Below are positions 45,528-54,992 of a DNA stretch of 64,000 bases, in pieces. Where the stretch lies: NCBI GenBank assembly GCA_963755905.1, contig CAVWLM010000002.1:160754-224753 (forward strand), in the 5' to 3' direction. Each line of letters starts with the position of its first letter. The first letter of the stretch is position 1. Source of the DNA: an uncultured delta proteobacterium (GTDB lineage Bacteria; Desulfobacterota; Binatia; Binatales; Binataceae). A model generated the notes under the pieces. It worked only from the letters and a program-made list of their open reading frames with translations. It was not told the DNA's origin and ran no database searches. Both the position numbers and the translations under genes were made by a program.

Positions 45528-48401
45528 TCAGGCGCCGAGTGGGAAGTTGCCGGCCGTGTGTATCGGACGCTGCCGCCCACTGTCGGTGGCTGTGCTTGGG
45601 TAAGGATCGATGGAACCCTGCGTCACGCGCAGGCGCTCACGGAGTTTGTCGGCGAGCCCGCGCACGTAAGGCTCGCGGAACATCGGCTGGCCGTGAAATC
45701 CCTCGACGTCGACGATTTCGAGGCCGCCGGCTGCGAGCTCACCCCATCCGAGCAATGGATCGGTCTCGTAGATCTCGCTAGACGGTTGCGCGGGCACTCG
45801 GAACAATGTGATCGGGCGCGGATAGGGGAGCGGATGATAGTGTCGCTTGGCCGCGAAAGCCACGTTAAGAAACGACAGGTACAGGCTTTCCTGCGAAACT
45901 GGACGCCCGGCTAGTCTGCGCCAGCAAGTATCCATTCGCCGCGCCCAAATCCTGAACATCTCGCGACGCATCTCGGACCATCGACGATCCGGCGGCTGTG
46001 GAAAAGGGTTGCCGAGGCGGCGAAACAGACGAAATCGCGCGGGCGCTTCGCGGCGGAGCCTCGGATATCCGGGTGCGCGCGTATCGAATAGAGCCAGCAG
46101 GCCAACTTCCTGTCCAGCTCGCACCAATTGTTGCGCGATCTCGAACGCCACGATACCTCCGTACGAGGATCCGCCGAGAAAATACGGTCCGCGAGGCTGT
46201 AGCGCTCGCATCTCTCGCACGAAGTACGCGGCGAGCGAATCCACCGTGCGTAGCGGCGGATGCTGGCCGTCCTGTCCCGGCGGCTGCAAGCCATAAAAAG
46301 GCTGATCGAGCCCCAGATGACGCGGCAGTTCGGAGAGCGAGAGCACGTCGGTGCCGGCGCCCGCCGCGCAAAAGAACCCGGGCCGGTCGCCGTGCGGTTG
46401 CAGTGCCACAATCGCTGGCCACGCCGGCGACCAACTCGCGTCGCGCAGGACCTCGGCCTGTCGCGCCACGTTCGGAGCCTCGAGCAATAGCGAAATCGGC
46501 AGCCGGCGTCCGCAGACGCTTTCGATCCTGCCGACCAACTCCAGAGCGAGAATCGAGTCTCCCCCGAGCTCGAAGAAGTCGTCGCGGACGCCGACCGGCT
46601 GAAGCTTGAGCACGTCTTCCCATATCGCCGCCAGGCATAACTCGAGGCGGTCGCGCGGCGGATGCGCGCCGGAACGCGCCGGCTCCGGATTGGGCAGCGC
46701 GTCGCGGTCGACCTTTCCATTGGATGTGAGCGGTAGAGAATCGACGCACACGAACACCGAAGGGACCATCGAGGCTGGGAGCGTGCGCCCAAGCTGGCCG
46801 CGCAGCGCCGCGGGCGAGGCCGAGCCCACCACGTAGGCCACCAGACGAGTTTCCCCCCAACGGTCGGGCCGGCCTACTACCGCGGCCTCGCGAATTTCGG
46901 GATTCGTCAGCAGCGCCGCTTCGACCTCGGCGGTCTCGACTGATTGACCGCGGACCTTCACCATCGATTCGCGCCGGCCCAGATGGACTAGACATCCGTC
47001 GGGCAGGATCATTCCGCGGTCGCCTGTGCGGAACATCCGCCTCCCGTCGGGACAGGTCGAGAGCGCGGCGGCAGTGAGTTCGGGATTGTGCCAATACCCG
47101 CAGAAAAGATAGTCGCTCCTGATCGCGAGGTCGCCCGCGCGGCCATCTGTCAGCTCGCGGCCTTCTTCGTCCAGCACGACGATTTCCGTATCCGCCAATT
47201 CATAGCCGACCGGAATTACCGATCCGTCGAACGTGGAAGCCTCGTCGATGAAGAACATTCGGATGCTGTTCATTTCAGTGGCGCCGAGGCTCGCGCACAA
47301 AATGCTCGTCCTGGGCAGATGTCGGCGGAAAAGCTCGACATCTCTGAGCGTGGTCGCCTCGCCGCCCAGCTTGACCAGGCGCAGAGACGGCATCGACGCA
47401 TCTTCCGGCAGCGAAGCCACGAGGCGCCTGAATACCGTCGGCACCGAATGGTAGAGCGTAATTTCTTCGCTTGCGATCCAGGAGCCCAGGTCGGCGAATC
47501 CCCGCGCACGCAGATCGAAAGGATGCAACGAGGCGCCGTTCAGCAGCGCGCCGAAGATATCCGACACCGAGGCCCCGACCTCGTACACAGGCAGCAGGGC
47601 ATGACGGTCGGTGGCGTCGAGGTGCACGCCGTTGGTGTACTTCATAATGTTGTGCAGGACGTTGCGATGACTCTGCACGACACCCTTGGGTTTCCCCGTG
47701 GATCCCGAGGTGTAGAGGATGTACGCGATCGCGCCGGGCGAAATTGGCAGGCCGAGGTTTTCTGTGGAGAGCCGGTTTCCGATTCCGTCGATTGAAATGA
47801 TCGTGATAGGGCCGGCCTCTTCCGGAGGAATTCCGGTCGATTCGTGCGCAATCTCCCGCGCTGTCGCGGCGTTGAGATCGTTGGTGAGGATCGTTTCGGC
47901 GCCGCAATCCTTCAGGATAGCGGCGAGCCGTGCGGCCGGATGGGCCGAGCTCATCGGGACGTAGCATCGCCCGGCCTTGAGCACACCGAGCATCGCGGCT
48001 ATCTCCGGCGCTCCGTGTTCGAACAGGAGCGCGACAGGGGTGCCGTTTGACGATCGCGCATCTGATAGCAAGGCGCGGCCGATACAATTCGCCCGGGCGT
48101 TCAGCTCGCCGTAGCTCCATTCATGTGCGCTGTCGCGAATTGCCAGTGCGCCCGCCCGCCGCGCCACCTGGTCCTCGAAGCGGGCGGCGATCGATTGCTC
48201 GACCGCGCTCCGGTCGAAAGGCGTGAACGCATTGCACGGCCCTGGGCATCGACGCGCATGTGCGCGCGAAGGGTCGGCTGTGGCTCGCAAGGAATCGGCA
48301 GTGGCTTCGGATGAATCGAGCATGTTTGGCGAAGCAGGGCCGCGAAGATTGGCCTTCGCTTGCAGTAAAATAGCCGTTTCCCTTAGCAGTGCAAGCGACA
48401 A
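45528..48401 (-). CDS. Single-module non-ribosomal peptide synthetase (A-PCP-TE)
   Basis: Adenylation core motifs (YTSGSTGKPKGV), PCP motif DDFFELGGDSILAL, C-terminal thioesterase GGSSYGG. Confidence 0.8.
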   Translation of the reverse strand: MSLALLRETAILLQAKANLRGPASPNMLDSSEATADSLRATADPSRAHARRCPGPCNAFTPFDRSAVEQSIAARFEDQVARRAGALAIRDSAHEWSYGELNARANCIGRALLSDARSSNGTPVALLFEHGAPEIAAMLGVLKAGRCYVPMSSAHPAARLAAILKDCGAETILTNDLNAATAREIAHESTGIPPEEAGPITIISIDGIGNRLSTENLGLPISPGAIAYILYTSGSTGKPKGVVQSHRNVLHNIMKYTNGVHLDATDRHALLPVYEVGASVSDIFGALLNGASLHPFDLRARGFADLGSWIASEEITLYHSVPTVFRRLVASLPEDASMPSLRLVKLGGEATTLRDVELFRRHLPRTSILCASLGATEMNSIRMFFIDEASTFDGSVIPVGYELADTEIVVLDEEGRELTDGRAGDLAIRSDYLFCGYWHNPELTAAALSTCPDGRRMFRTGDRGMILPDGCLVHLGRRESMVKVRGQSVETAEVEAALLTNPEIREAAVVGRPDRWGETRLVAYVVGSASPAALRGQLGRTLPASMVPSVFVCVDSLPLTSNGKVDRDALPNPEPARSGAHPPRDRLELCLAAIWEDVLKLQPVGVRDDFFELGGDSILALELVGRIESVCGRRLPISLLLEAPNVARQAEVLRDASWSPAWPAIVALQPHGDRPGFFCAAGAGTDVLSLSELPRHLGLDQPFYGLQPPGQDGQHPPLRTVDSLAAYFVREMRALQPRGPYFLGGSSYGGIVAFEIAQQLVRAGQEVGLLALFDTRAPGYPRLRREAPARFRLFRRLGNPFPQPPDRRWSEMRREMFRIWARRMDTCWRRLAGRPVSQESLYLSFLNVAFAAKRHYHPLPYPRPITLFRVPAQPSSEIYETDPLLGWGELAAGGLEIVDVEGFHGQPMFREPYVRGLADKLRERLRVTQGSIDPYPSTATDSGRQRPIHTAGNFPLGA

Positions 48402-48502
48402 TTCGCCGCCGGCTCACCGGTCGCGGATGAGAAGGCGAAATGCTAATATCGGTGGGTTCGAGCTTAGGCCAATCAGGTTGGCGAAAAGGACCAAAAGGTT
48501 AA

Positions 48503-49621
48503 GTGCGTAAACAGATCACCCCCATTACGACTCCCACGACGGCGGTGCGGCCAAGCGGTTGTATCTTTTTGGCAGCGGCGCTGATCGCCTCCACCACGGC
48601 CCTGGCCGCTTTTGTGCTCGCGCTTACGCTCCCGGCGCGTGCCGCCGCGGCAACCGACTCGGGTCCGATTCTCGCGGAAATCGGCAATCACAAGATCACT
48701 CAGCAGGAAGTCGATGCCAAGATAAAACTCGAGCTATATGACGCCCGCAAAGCGGCGGTCGACGAGCTGGTGGACGACTACCTGCTCCAGCAGGCCGCCA
48801 AGAAGGAAAAGCTGAGCGTTGCCGATTACGTCAAGCGCGAAGTCGACGACAAAGCGGCGGCCGACGTTGACGACGCGACAGCCAAGAAGTTTTACGATGA
48901 CAACAAGGACAAGATTCCGGCCCTCAAAGAGGCCGGGTCATACGACAAGATCAAGGATCGCCTGATCGCGGCGCTGCGCCAGCGCGACGCCCAGCAGCAA
49001 CACGAGCAGCTTCTTGCCCGGTTGCGCAAGGACGCCGGCGCCAAGATCCTGCTCACTCCGCCACGGATCGCCGTCAACCTCGGCGCCGCCAGCCATCCCA
49101 CGCTCGGTCCCAAGGATGCTCCGGTAACGATGATCGAGTTCGCCGACTTCCAATGCCCGTTCTGCAAGCGTTCCGAGGACGCGGTCAGGGCCGTACATGA
49201 CAAGTACGGCGATCGCGTGCGCCTGGTGTTCATGGATTTTCCGCTGAGCTTCCATCCGCATGCGATGCCTGCGGCCAACGCCGCGCGTTGCGCCGCCGCG
49301 CAGGACAAGTTCTGGCAGTATCATGACGCGCTGTTCGCCGATCAGTCCAAGCTTGAGCCCGCCGATCTGAAGGCGACCGCTAAGACGCTCGGACTCGACA
49401 CCGCCAAGTTCGACGCCTGCTTCGACAAGAACCAGTACAGCCAGGCGATCCAGAAGGACGTGGATGAGGGCCGCAAGTTGAACGTGACCGGCACGCCGAC
49501 TTTCTTCATCGACGGGCGCGAGATCGTCGGGGCCGAGCCGACCGAGAATTTCGAAAGTGTGATTGATCAGGAACTCGCAAAGAACGGCGACCACAACAAG
49601 AAAACCGCCGCCGCCGAGTAA
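48503..49621 (+). CDS. DsbA-family thiol:disulfide oxidoreductase with N-terminal chaperone-like domain
   Basis: Signal/anchor N-terminus. FADFQCPFCKR is a CxxC thioredoxin-fold active site. Confidence 0.75.
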   Translation: MRKQITPITTPTTAVRPSGCIFLAAALIASTTALAAFVLALTLPARAAAATDSGPILAEIGNHKITQQEVDAKIKLELYDARKAAVDELVDDYLLQQAAKKEKLSVADYVKREVDDKAAADVDDATAKKFYDDNKDKIPALKEAGSYDKIKDRLIAALRQRDAQQQHEQLLARLRKDAGAKILLTPPRIAVNLGAASHPTLGPKDAPVTMIEFADFQCPFCKRSEDAVRAVHDKYGDRVRLVFMDFPLSFHPHAMPAANAARCAAAQDKFWQYHDALFADQSKLEPADLKATAKTLGLDTAKFDACFDKNQYSQAIQKDVDEGRKLNVTGTPTFFIDGREIVGAEPTENFESVIDQELAKNGDHNKKTAAAE

Positions 49622-49667
49622 AAGGTGGACTGACCGTAGCATCCTGCTCTGACGACAGGAGCCTGGA

Positions 49668-49700
49668 CCGCCGGCCGTACCTCGGCCGGCGGTTTTTGTT
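49668..49700. terminator. Bidirectional rho-independent terminator between convergent genes
   Basis: CCGCCGGCCG-tacctc-GGCCGGCGG followed by TTTTTGTTT. Confidence 0.5.
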
Positions 49701-49725
49701 TGGACTTGAAGCGCGAAGGTCGATT

Positions 49726-51036
49726 TCAATACGGATAGAACACGAAGAATAACGTTGACAGGATATTCAGCGCCCACAAACCGGGCCGGATATCGCGACC
49801 TCGTCCCGCCGCGACCTTGAACCACGGATACAGGACGAAGCCGGCCGTTACGCCGACCCCGATGTTATAGGTGAAGCTCATCAGCGCGATTATCGCGAAG
49901 GCCGGCATCAGTTCGGTGTAGTCGTCGAAATCGATCTTCCTGATGGGCGCGATCATCATCGCACCAACGATGACCAGCGCCGGGCCGTAGGCCTGCGGTG
50001 GAATTGCCGTTACTGTCGGCGCGAAGAATAGCGACACACCGAACAGCGCCGCCGTTACTACTGCAGTCATCCCGGTACGCCCGCCGACGCTCACGCCGGC
50101 CGCCGACTCGACGTATGCGCCGGCGGTGGTTGTGCCGACCAGGGCCGCGAACGTGGTCGCAAGGGCGTCGGCCATCATCGGCCGCTCGATCTGCGGCAGA
50201 TGGCCGTGCTCGTCGAGCAGGCCGGCGCGCTCCGAGACGCCCACCAGCGTGCCCAGCGTATCCACCAGCGCCATCACGAAGATCGTCAGCAGCACGCCGA
50301 AGAAGCCCCAGCCGAACGCCGCTCTGAAATCGAGCTTGAACAGAATCGGGGCGGGGCTGGGCGGCGCGCTAACCCATCGATGGGGCATGCTCGCGACGCC
50401 GAACGCGAACGCCGCGGCCGAGGCCATGAGGATTCCAATCAGGATCGCGCCGGGCACGCGCCACAGCGTAAGCATCGCGATAGCGACGAAGCCGAAGATT
50501 GCCACCATAGCCGGCGCCGAGTTGAGCGCCCCGATCCTGACCGGGGCGCCGGCGATTCCGAGCGTCACGATACCCGCCTCGTTGAGCCCAATGAAGGCGA
50601 GGAACAGCCCGATGCCCGCCGCGAAGCTGAAGCGCAGTCCCGGCGGCACCGCCTCCATCATCCATTGCCGCACGCGCGCGGCCGTCAGCAGCGTGAACAG
50701 GACTCCCGCGATGAACACCGCGCCCAGCGCGGTTTGCCACCGAAAGCCAAGCACACGCACCACCGTAAAAGCGACGAAGGCGTTTTCGCCCATGTACGGC
50801 GCGATCGCGAACGGCCGGTTGGCGTAAAGTCCCATCACCAGCGTGCCGAACATTGCGGTCATGACGGTCGCGACCATCGAAGGGCCCTCCGGGATGCCCG
50901 CCGCCTTCAAAATCGCCGGGTTGACCGCGACGATGTATGCCATCGTGACAAAGGTGGTGACGCCGCCCAGGACCTCGCGGCGCAGATTGGTGCCGGCGCG
51001 CTCGAAGCCGAAGAACGCGGCGAGTCTATGCTCCAT
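49726..51036 (-). CDS. NCS2-family purine permease (AzgA-like guanine/hypoxanthine permease)
   Basis: 12-TM protein. REVLGGVTTFVTMAYIVAVNPAIL is the AzgA-like N-terminus. Start taken at MEHRL (51036). Confidence 0.8.
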   Translation of the reverse strand: MEHRLAAFFGFERAGTNLRREVLGGVTTFVTMAYIVAVNPAILKAAGIPEGPSMVATVMTAMFGTLVMGLYANRPFAIAPYMGENAFVAFTVVRVLGFRWQTALGAVFIAGVLFTLLTAARVRQWMMEAVPPGLRFSFAAGIGLFLAFIGLNEAGIVTLGIAGAPVRIGALNSAPAMVAIFGFVAIAMLTLWRVPGAILIGILMASAAAFAFGVASMPHRWVSAPPSPAPILFKLDFRAAFGWGFFGVLLTIFVMALVDTLGTLVGVSERAGLLDEHGHLPQIERPMMADALATTFAALVGTTTAGAYVESAAGVSVGGRTGMTAVVTAALFGVSLFFAPTVTAIPPQAYGPALVIVGAMMIAPIRKIDFDDYTELMPAFAIIALMSFTYNIGVGVTAGFVLYPWFKVAAGRGRDIRPGLWALNILSTLFFVFYPY

Positions 51037-51172
51037 CGATGGCGACCCTTCCTCGCGCGTCGGCGGCCTGCCGTGCCGGGCGCGCTCGTATAGATATCCG
51101 GCGCGGCGCATACGCATCAACGCTGGCAGCAAGTCAGGGATGGTGCGAAAATCGCGTACTGGAGAAATCCTG

Positions 51173-52006
51173 ATGGAGAATCCCAAGCCGGTAGCCAAGC
51201 CCTCAAACCCCACCCGTGTCGCCGTGAAGAAAGCGCCGCGCACGCTCTGCGTCGACGTTGGCGGCACTGGTATCAAGGCCCAGTTGCTCGACGAACGCGG
51301 CCATCCGTTGACCGATCGCGCGCGTACCCTGACGCCACCACATGCGACGCCGCGTCAGGTGGTCGCCATCATCCGTAAGCTGGCCAAGGGCGCGGGCGAG
51401 TTCGATCGGGTCTCAGTGGGCTTTCCGGGCGTCACCAAGAATGGCCTCATCTATACCGCGGCCAATCTGGGAAAGGGTTGGAACAATTTTCCACTCGAGC
51501 AAAAGCTCAGGCACGTGCTCGGACGCCCCGTCCGCGTCGCCAACGATGCCGACGTGCAGGGATTGGGCTCGGTCTCCGGTCACGGTGTCGAACTGCTCAT
51601 TACGCTCGGGACCGGCGTGGGATCCGTGATTTTCGTCAACGGCAACCGCATCCACCTGGAACTGGGGCATCATCCTTTCCACAAGGGCAGAACGTACGAG
51701 GACGAGCTGGGCCATCGAATGTTGGTCAAGAAGGGCAAGAAGTGGTGGAACAAACGGTTGCGCGAGGCGATCGAGGATCTGCAGATCGCGTTCAATTACG
51801 ATCGGCTTTTCATCGGGGGCGGCGACAGCAAGTTCATTCGCTTTGAGCCGCCCGAGGGCGTGAAGATCGTCGGCAACGAGGAGGGACTGCTCGGCGGAAT
51901 CAAGCTGTGGCAGGACGTGGATGCGAAACGGACTCCCGCGGCGGGCCCGGAAGAGCCGAGGCTTGTCAAGAATAGCCGCAAGCGACCCATCGAGGGAAAA
52001 GCATAA
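51173..52006 (+). CDS. ppgK: Polyphosphate glucokinase (ROK family)
   Basis: LCVDVGGTGIKAQLLD, ITLGTGVGSVIFVNG and LFIGGGDSKF are colinear with PPGK. Start taken at MENPKP; the ORF-track entry 50843 is a 5' over-extension. Confidence 0.75.
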   Translation: MENPKPVAKPSNPTRVAVKKAPRTLCVDVGGTGIKAQLLDERGHPLTDRARTLTPPHATPRQVVAIIRKLAKGAGEFDRVSVGFPGVTKNGLIYTAANLGKGWNNFPLEQKLRHVLGRPVRVANDADVQGLGSVSGHGVELLITLGTGVGSVIFVNGNRIHLELGHHPFHKGRTYEDELGHRMLVKKGKKWWNKRLREAIEDLQIAFNYDRLFIGGGDSKFIRFEPPEGVKIVGNEEGLLGGIKLWQDVDAKRTPAAGPEEPRLVKNSRKRPIEGKA

Positions 52007-52022
52007 AACATAGGGAGGGCGT

Positions 52023-52451
52023 GTGATGCCTCGTGGAAGCATGAATCACCTGGCGCTGTCCGCAAGTGATCTGGAACGCTCGGCCGCATTTTATGATCGC
52101 GTGCTCGGCTTTCTCGGTTACAAGCGCGTAGAGGTGGCGCAGACGACGCAGCAACTGATGAAGACGCGGTTGTTCGCGTGGGCCGGCCCCCATGGTTCAG
52201 TCACGTTGCGTCCGGCCAAGGAGGAGTCCGCGTCGCGCAAACACGACCGCGGCGCGCCGGGGCTGAATCACTTTGCCTTCAACGCCGAGGGACGCGATGA
52301 CGTCGATCGGATGCACGAGTTCCTCAAGAGCATCGGGGCGGAAATCCTTGACGCACCCGCGGAGTATCCCTACGGGCAGGGTTATTATGCGGTCTATTTC
52401 ACCGATCCCGACGGCGTCAAATTCGAGTTCGTGCACTGGCCGAGAACCTAA
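52023..52451 (+). CDS. VOC-family (glyoxalase/bleomycin-resistance fold) protein
   Basis: MNHLALSASDLERSAAFYDRVLGF...GLNHFAF. Confidence 0.7.
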   Translation: MMPRGSMNHLALSASDLERSAAFYDRVLGFLGYKRVEVAQTTQQLMKTRLFAWAGPHGSVTLRPAKEESASRKHDRGAPGLNHFAFNAEGRDDVDRMHEFLKSIGAEILDAPAEYPYGQGYYAVYFTDPDGVKFEFVHWPRT

Positions 52452-52563
52452 AAACGCACGAGTCGCCCCGCAAACTTGACTTGTACAGAGAGCCCTAAGT
52501 ATAAATCGAGGGCTTGTATTTGTTTCGATCGGCGCGGAGTGAAACGTTCTGCGGGAGGAGCGG

Positions 52564-53772
52564 ATGGTAACGGGTTTACGGCGGCGACTATTTAGACTGG
52601 CCCCATTGTTTCTCCTGCTGAGCGGGCCCGCTTTCGCTCAGGTCCCCAGCACCCCGACTCTTCAGTTTCCATACACCCAGCCTCCCGCCGAGGGCGTTGG
52701 CGTCAGCAAGATGCCCGCGCCTAATCCGCACTGGGTGATAGTCAACGCTCCGCTTTACGGCAATTTCATCGTATCGCAGGTTTACGTGATCGACGGCGAT
52801 TCGAGAAAAATTCTCGGCATGCTGACGACCGGAATGATCGCGACGGTGGCCCTGTCGCCCGACCATAGCCGCATTTTCACCGGCGACACGTTTTTCTCGC
52901 GTGGTACGCGCGGCAGCCGCACCGACGTCATAACCGTTTACGACACCTCCAACCTCGAGCCGGTGGGTGAGATCGTAATTCCCCCGAAACGTCAGCTTGC
53001 TGCCCCCGACAATTTGCAGCTCAGCGCAACCTCCGACGGACACCTGTTGCTGGTCGCCAATATGACGCCTGCGACCTCGGTGACCGTGATCGATATCGCG
53101 TCGTCCAAGGTGCTAGGCGAGATCCCGATAACCGGATGCGCGGAATTTCAGCTTACCGGCAACCGGCAATTCGCCTCACTGTGCGGCGACGGATCGCTCA
53201 TGGTGACGAACTTCGACGACACGGGTAAATTGCTCACTCAAAAGCGCAGCCCCGTGTTCTTCGAACCCGAGAAGGACCCGGTCTACGGCGCGCCGGCGAT
53301 TATCAAGAGCGAGAACTACTACGTGACCTATCACGGAGTTGTGCATCCGGTTGACCTCTCGACCGATCCGCCGACTCCGGGCACGACGTGGTCCTTGACT
53401 ACCGACCAGGAGCGAGAGGCGGGATGGAGACCGGGCGGCAGCCAGCCAATCTGGGGACATGCCTCGGACGGTCTCCTCTATGCCCTGATGCATCAGGGCG
53501 GCGAGTGGACGCATAAGCAGGCCGGTAACGAGATCTGGGTTTTCAACGCGAAGGACGGCAAGCGAACCGAGCGCCTGTCGCTTCCCGAACCGGCGGCCGC
53601 GATTTTCGTAACGCCTGATGACAAGCCGCTGATTTTCGCCGCGACGCCCACCGACGTCCTGCAAATGGGAGCGCCGCCGTGGTCGCTCCAGATATTGTCG
53701 GCGGAAAGCGGCAGGTACCTGGGCAAAGTCGACCAGTTGGGAGGTATCCCGTCCAACATGTTCGGCCTGTAA
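52564..53772 (+). CDS. TTQ-dependent amine dehydrogenase heavy (large, beta-propeller) subunit
   Basis: Signal peptide, then blocks colinear with MauB (EAGWRPGGSQPIWGH, GEWTHKQAGNEIWVFNAKDGKRT). Confidence 0.75.
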   Translation: MVTGLRRRLFRLAPLFLLLSGPAFAQVPSTPTLQFPYTQPPAEGVGVSKMPAPNPHWVIVNAPLYGNFIVSQVYVIDGDSRKILGMLTTGMIATVALSPDHSRIFTGDTFFSRGTRGSRTDVITVYDTSNLEPVGEIVIPPKRQLAAPDNLQLSATSDGHLLLVANMTPATSVTVIDIASSKVLGEIPITGCAEFQLTGNRQFASLCGDGSLMVTNFDDTGKLLTQKRSPVFFEPEKDPVYGAPAIIKSENYYVTYHGVVHPVDLSTDPPTPGTTWSLTTDQEREAGWRPGGSQPIWGHASDGLLYALMHQGGEWTHKQAGNEIWVFNAKDGKRTERLSLPEPAAAIFVTPDDKPLIFAATPTDVLQMGAPPWSLQILSAESGRYLGKVDQLGGIPSNMFGL

Positions 53773-53803
53773 TGGACGGTGTGTAATTTGAGGAGAATCG
53801 AGA

Positions 53804-54313
53804 ATGGATGACCTGGTAGAACGACTGGCGCGCAAGCTTGCGGCGCATACCTCCCGCCGGCGGCTGCTGGGGATGCTCGGAACGGCCTTGCTGGGCGGGG
53901 TGGCGCTGCCGCTGCTGCCCGTGCATCGCATCGCGAGCGCGGCCGAAGCGGCGGACTCGGCTGGCGAGCCTGGCGATCAAATGAGCTGCGACTACTGGCG
54001 GTATTGCGGTTTCGACGGGAATCTTTGCGGATGCTGCGGTGGAACTCTCACCGAATGCCCGGCGGGATCGATCATGTCGCCCACGGGATGGGTCGGCACC
54101 TGCCGGCATCCGGTCGATGGCAAAGATTACATCATCGCGTACCGCGATTGCTGCGGAAAGGAATATTGCGGCCGCTGTGCCTGTCACGGAGATAAGGGCG
54201 ATTTGCCGATCTATCGCACGCAACTCGATAATGAAGTGCTCTGGTGCTTCGGCGTCAAGAGTGGATGGGCGGTGAATTGCACCACGGCGGTCAACCTGGG
54301 CGTCAAGTCGTAA
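53804..54313 (+). CDS. mauA: TTQ-dependent amine dehydrogenase light (small) subunit
   Basis: Tat signal (SRRRLLGML). CDYWRYCGFDGNLCGCCGG...YIIAYRDCCGKEYCGRCAC is near-identical to the MauA TTQ/Cys core. Confidence 0.85.
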   Translation: MDDLVERLARKLAAHTSRRRLLGMLGTALLGGVALPLLPVHRIASAAEAADSAGEPGDQMSCDYWRYCGFDGNLCGCCGGTLTECPAGSIMSPTGWVGTCRHPVDGKDYIIAYRDCCGKEYCGRCACHGDKGDLPIYRTQLDNEVLWCFGVKSGWAVNCTTAVNLGVKS

Positions 54314-54653
54314 CCTCGGTCGAGTCGTGAGGGATTGGCGCGGCGCGGCCTGAAGACCGGCGTGCCCCCGGACGGCGGGTAGGACACGGCTCGCGAGACT
54401 GCGCGGGCCGTTTTCGTTGGGCTGGATGAGAATACCGCCCAGGATGATTGCTTGCGGCGCCGACAGGCCGAGGCGTCCGGTAAAAATGACAAACTCACGG
54501 TCGGCCGCCAGGGCACATTGTTAGAGGACATCGCGCGGCATCGGCCGCCCTCGTGCCAGCCGCGCATCGCGCTTATCAACGTAACTGCGACAAAGGCACT
54601 TTCCGTGCGACGCGACCCCCGCTAACGTAAGAGTGCCCCTGGGAACAATTCAC

Positions 54654-54743
54654 GGAGGGGTGGCCGAGCGGTTGAAGGCACCGGTCTTGAAAACCGGCAG
54701 CGGCGGAAGTCGCTCGTGGGTTCGAATCCCACCCCCTCCGCCA
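54654..54743 (+). tRNA. tRNA-Ser (anticodon UGA), CCA encoded
   Basis: GGAGGGG acceptor, anticodon loop CTTGAAA, long variable arm, GTGGG-TTCGAAT-CCCAC T-arm, terminal CCA. Confidence 0.9.
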
Positions 54744-54992
54744 AGGATTGCGCGAAGCCGTGAAATTTTGCGTAACGTCCGCCAGATTCATGCGTATGGA
54801 GCGTTTTGCGAGTTAAAGAACCAGCAGGGAGATGCCATCCGGAACATACCCGCACCGCTAACTCGGATTCGCTCTGTTTCGATTGAGCATTCACTTGTCC
54901 GTAGCCGCGAGAACGCACAGACTAAGTGCAACGCGGATAACATCCACAGACTGTCGATGGCGGCCTTGTGCAGAGCCGCAGAGGACTAGCGA

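Noticed and set aside
45865-47094. Several long ORFs (409 aa, 293 aa, 203 aa) inside the NRPS region
   Set aside because: Alternative or antisense frames of the NRPS gene. Arg/Pro/Ala-rich with no motifs.
50843-52006. 387-aa version of the ppgK ORF
   Set aside because: The N-terminal 110 aa overlap the NCS2 permease start region and are Arg/Pro-rich. The real start is MENPKP at 51173.
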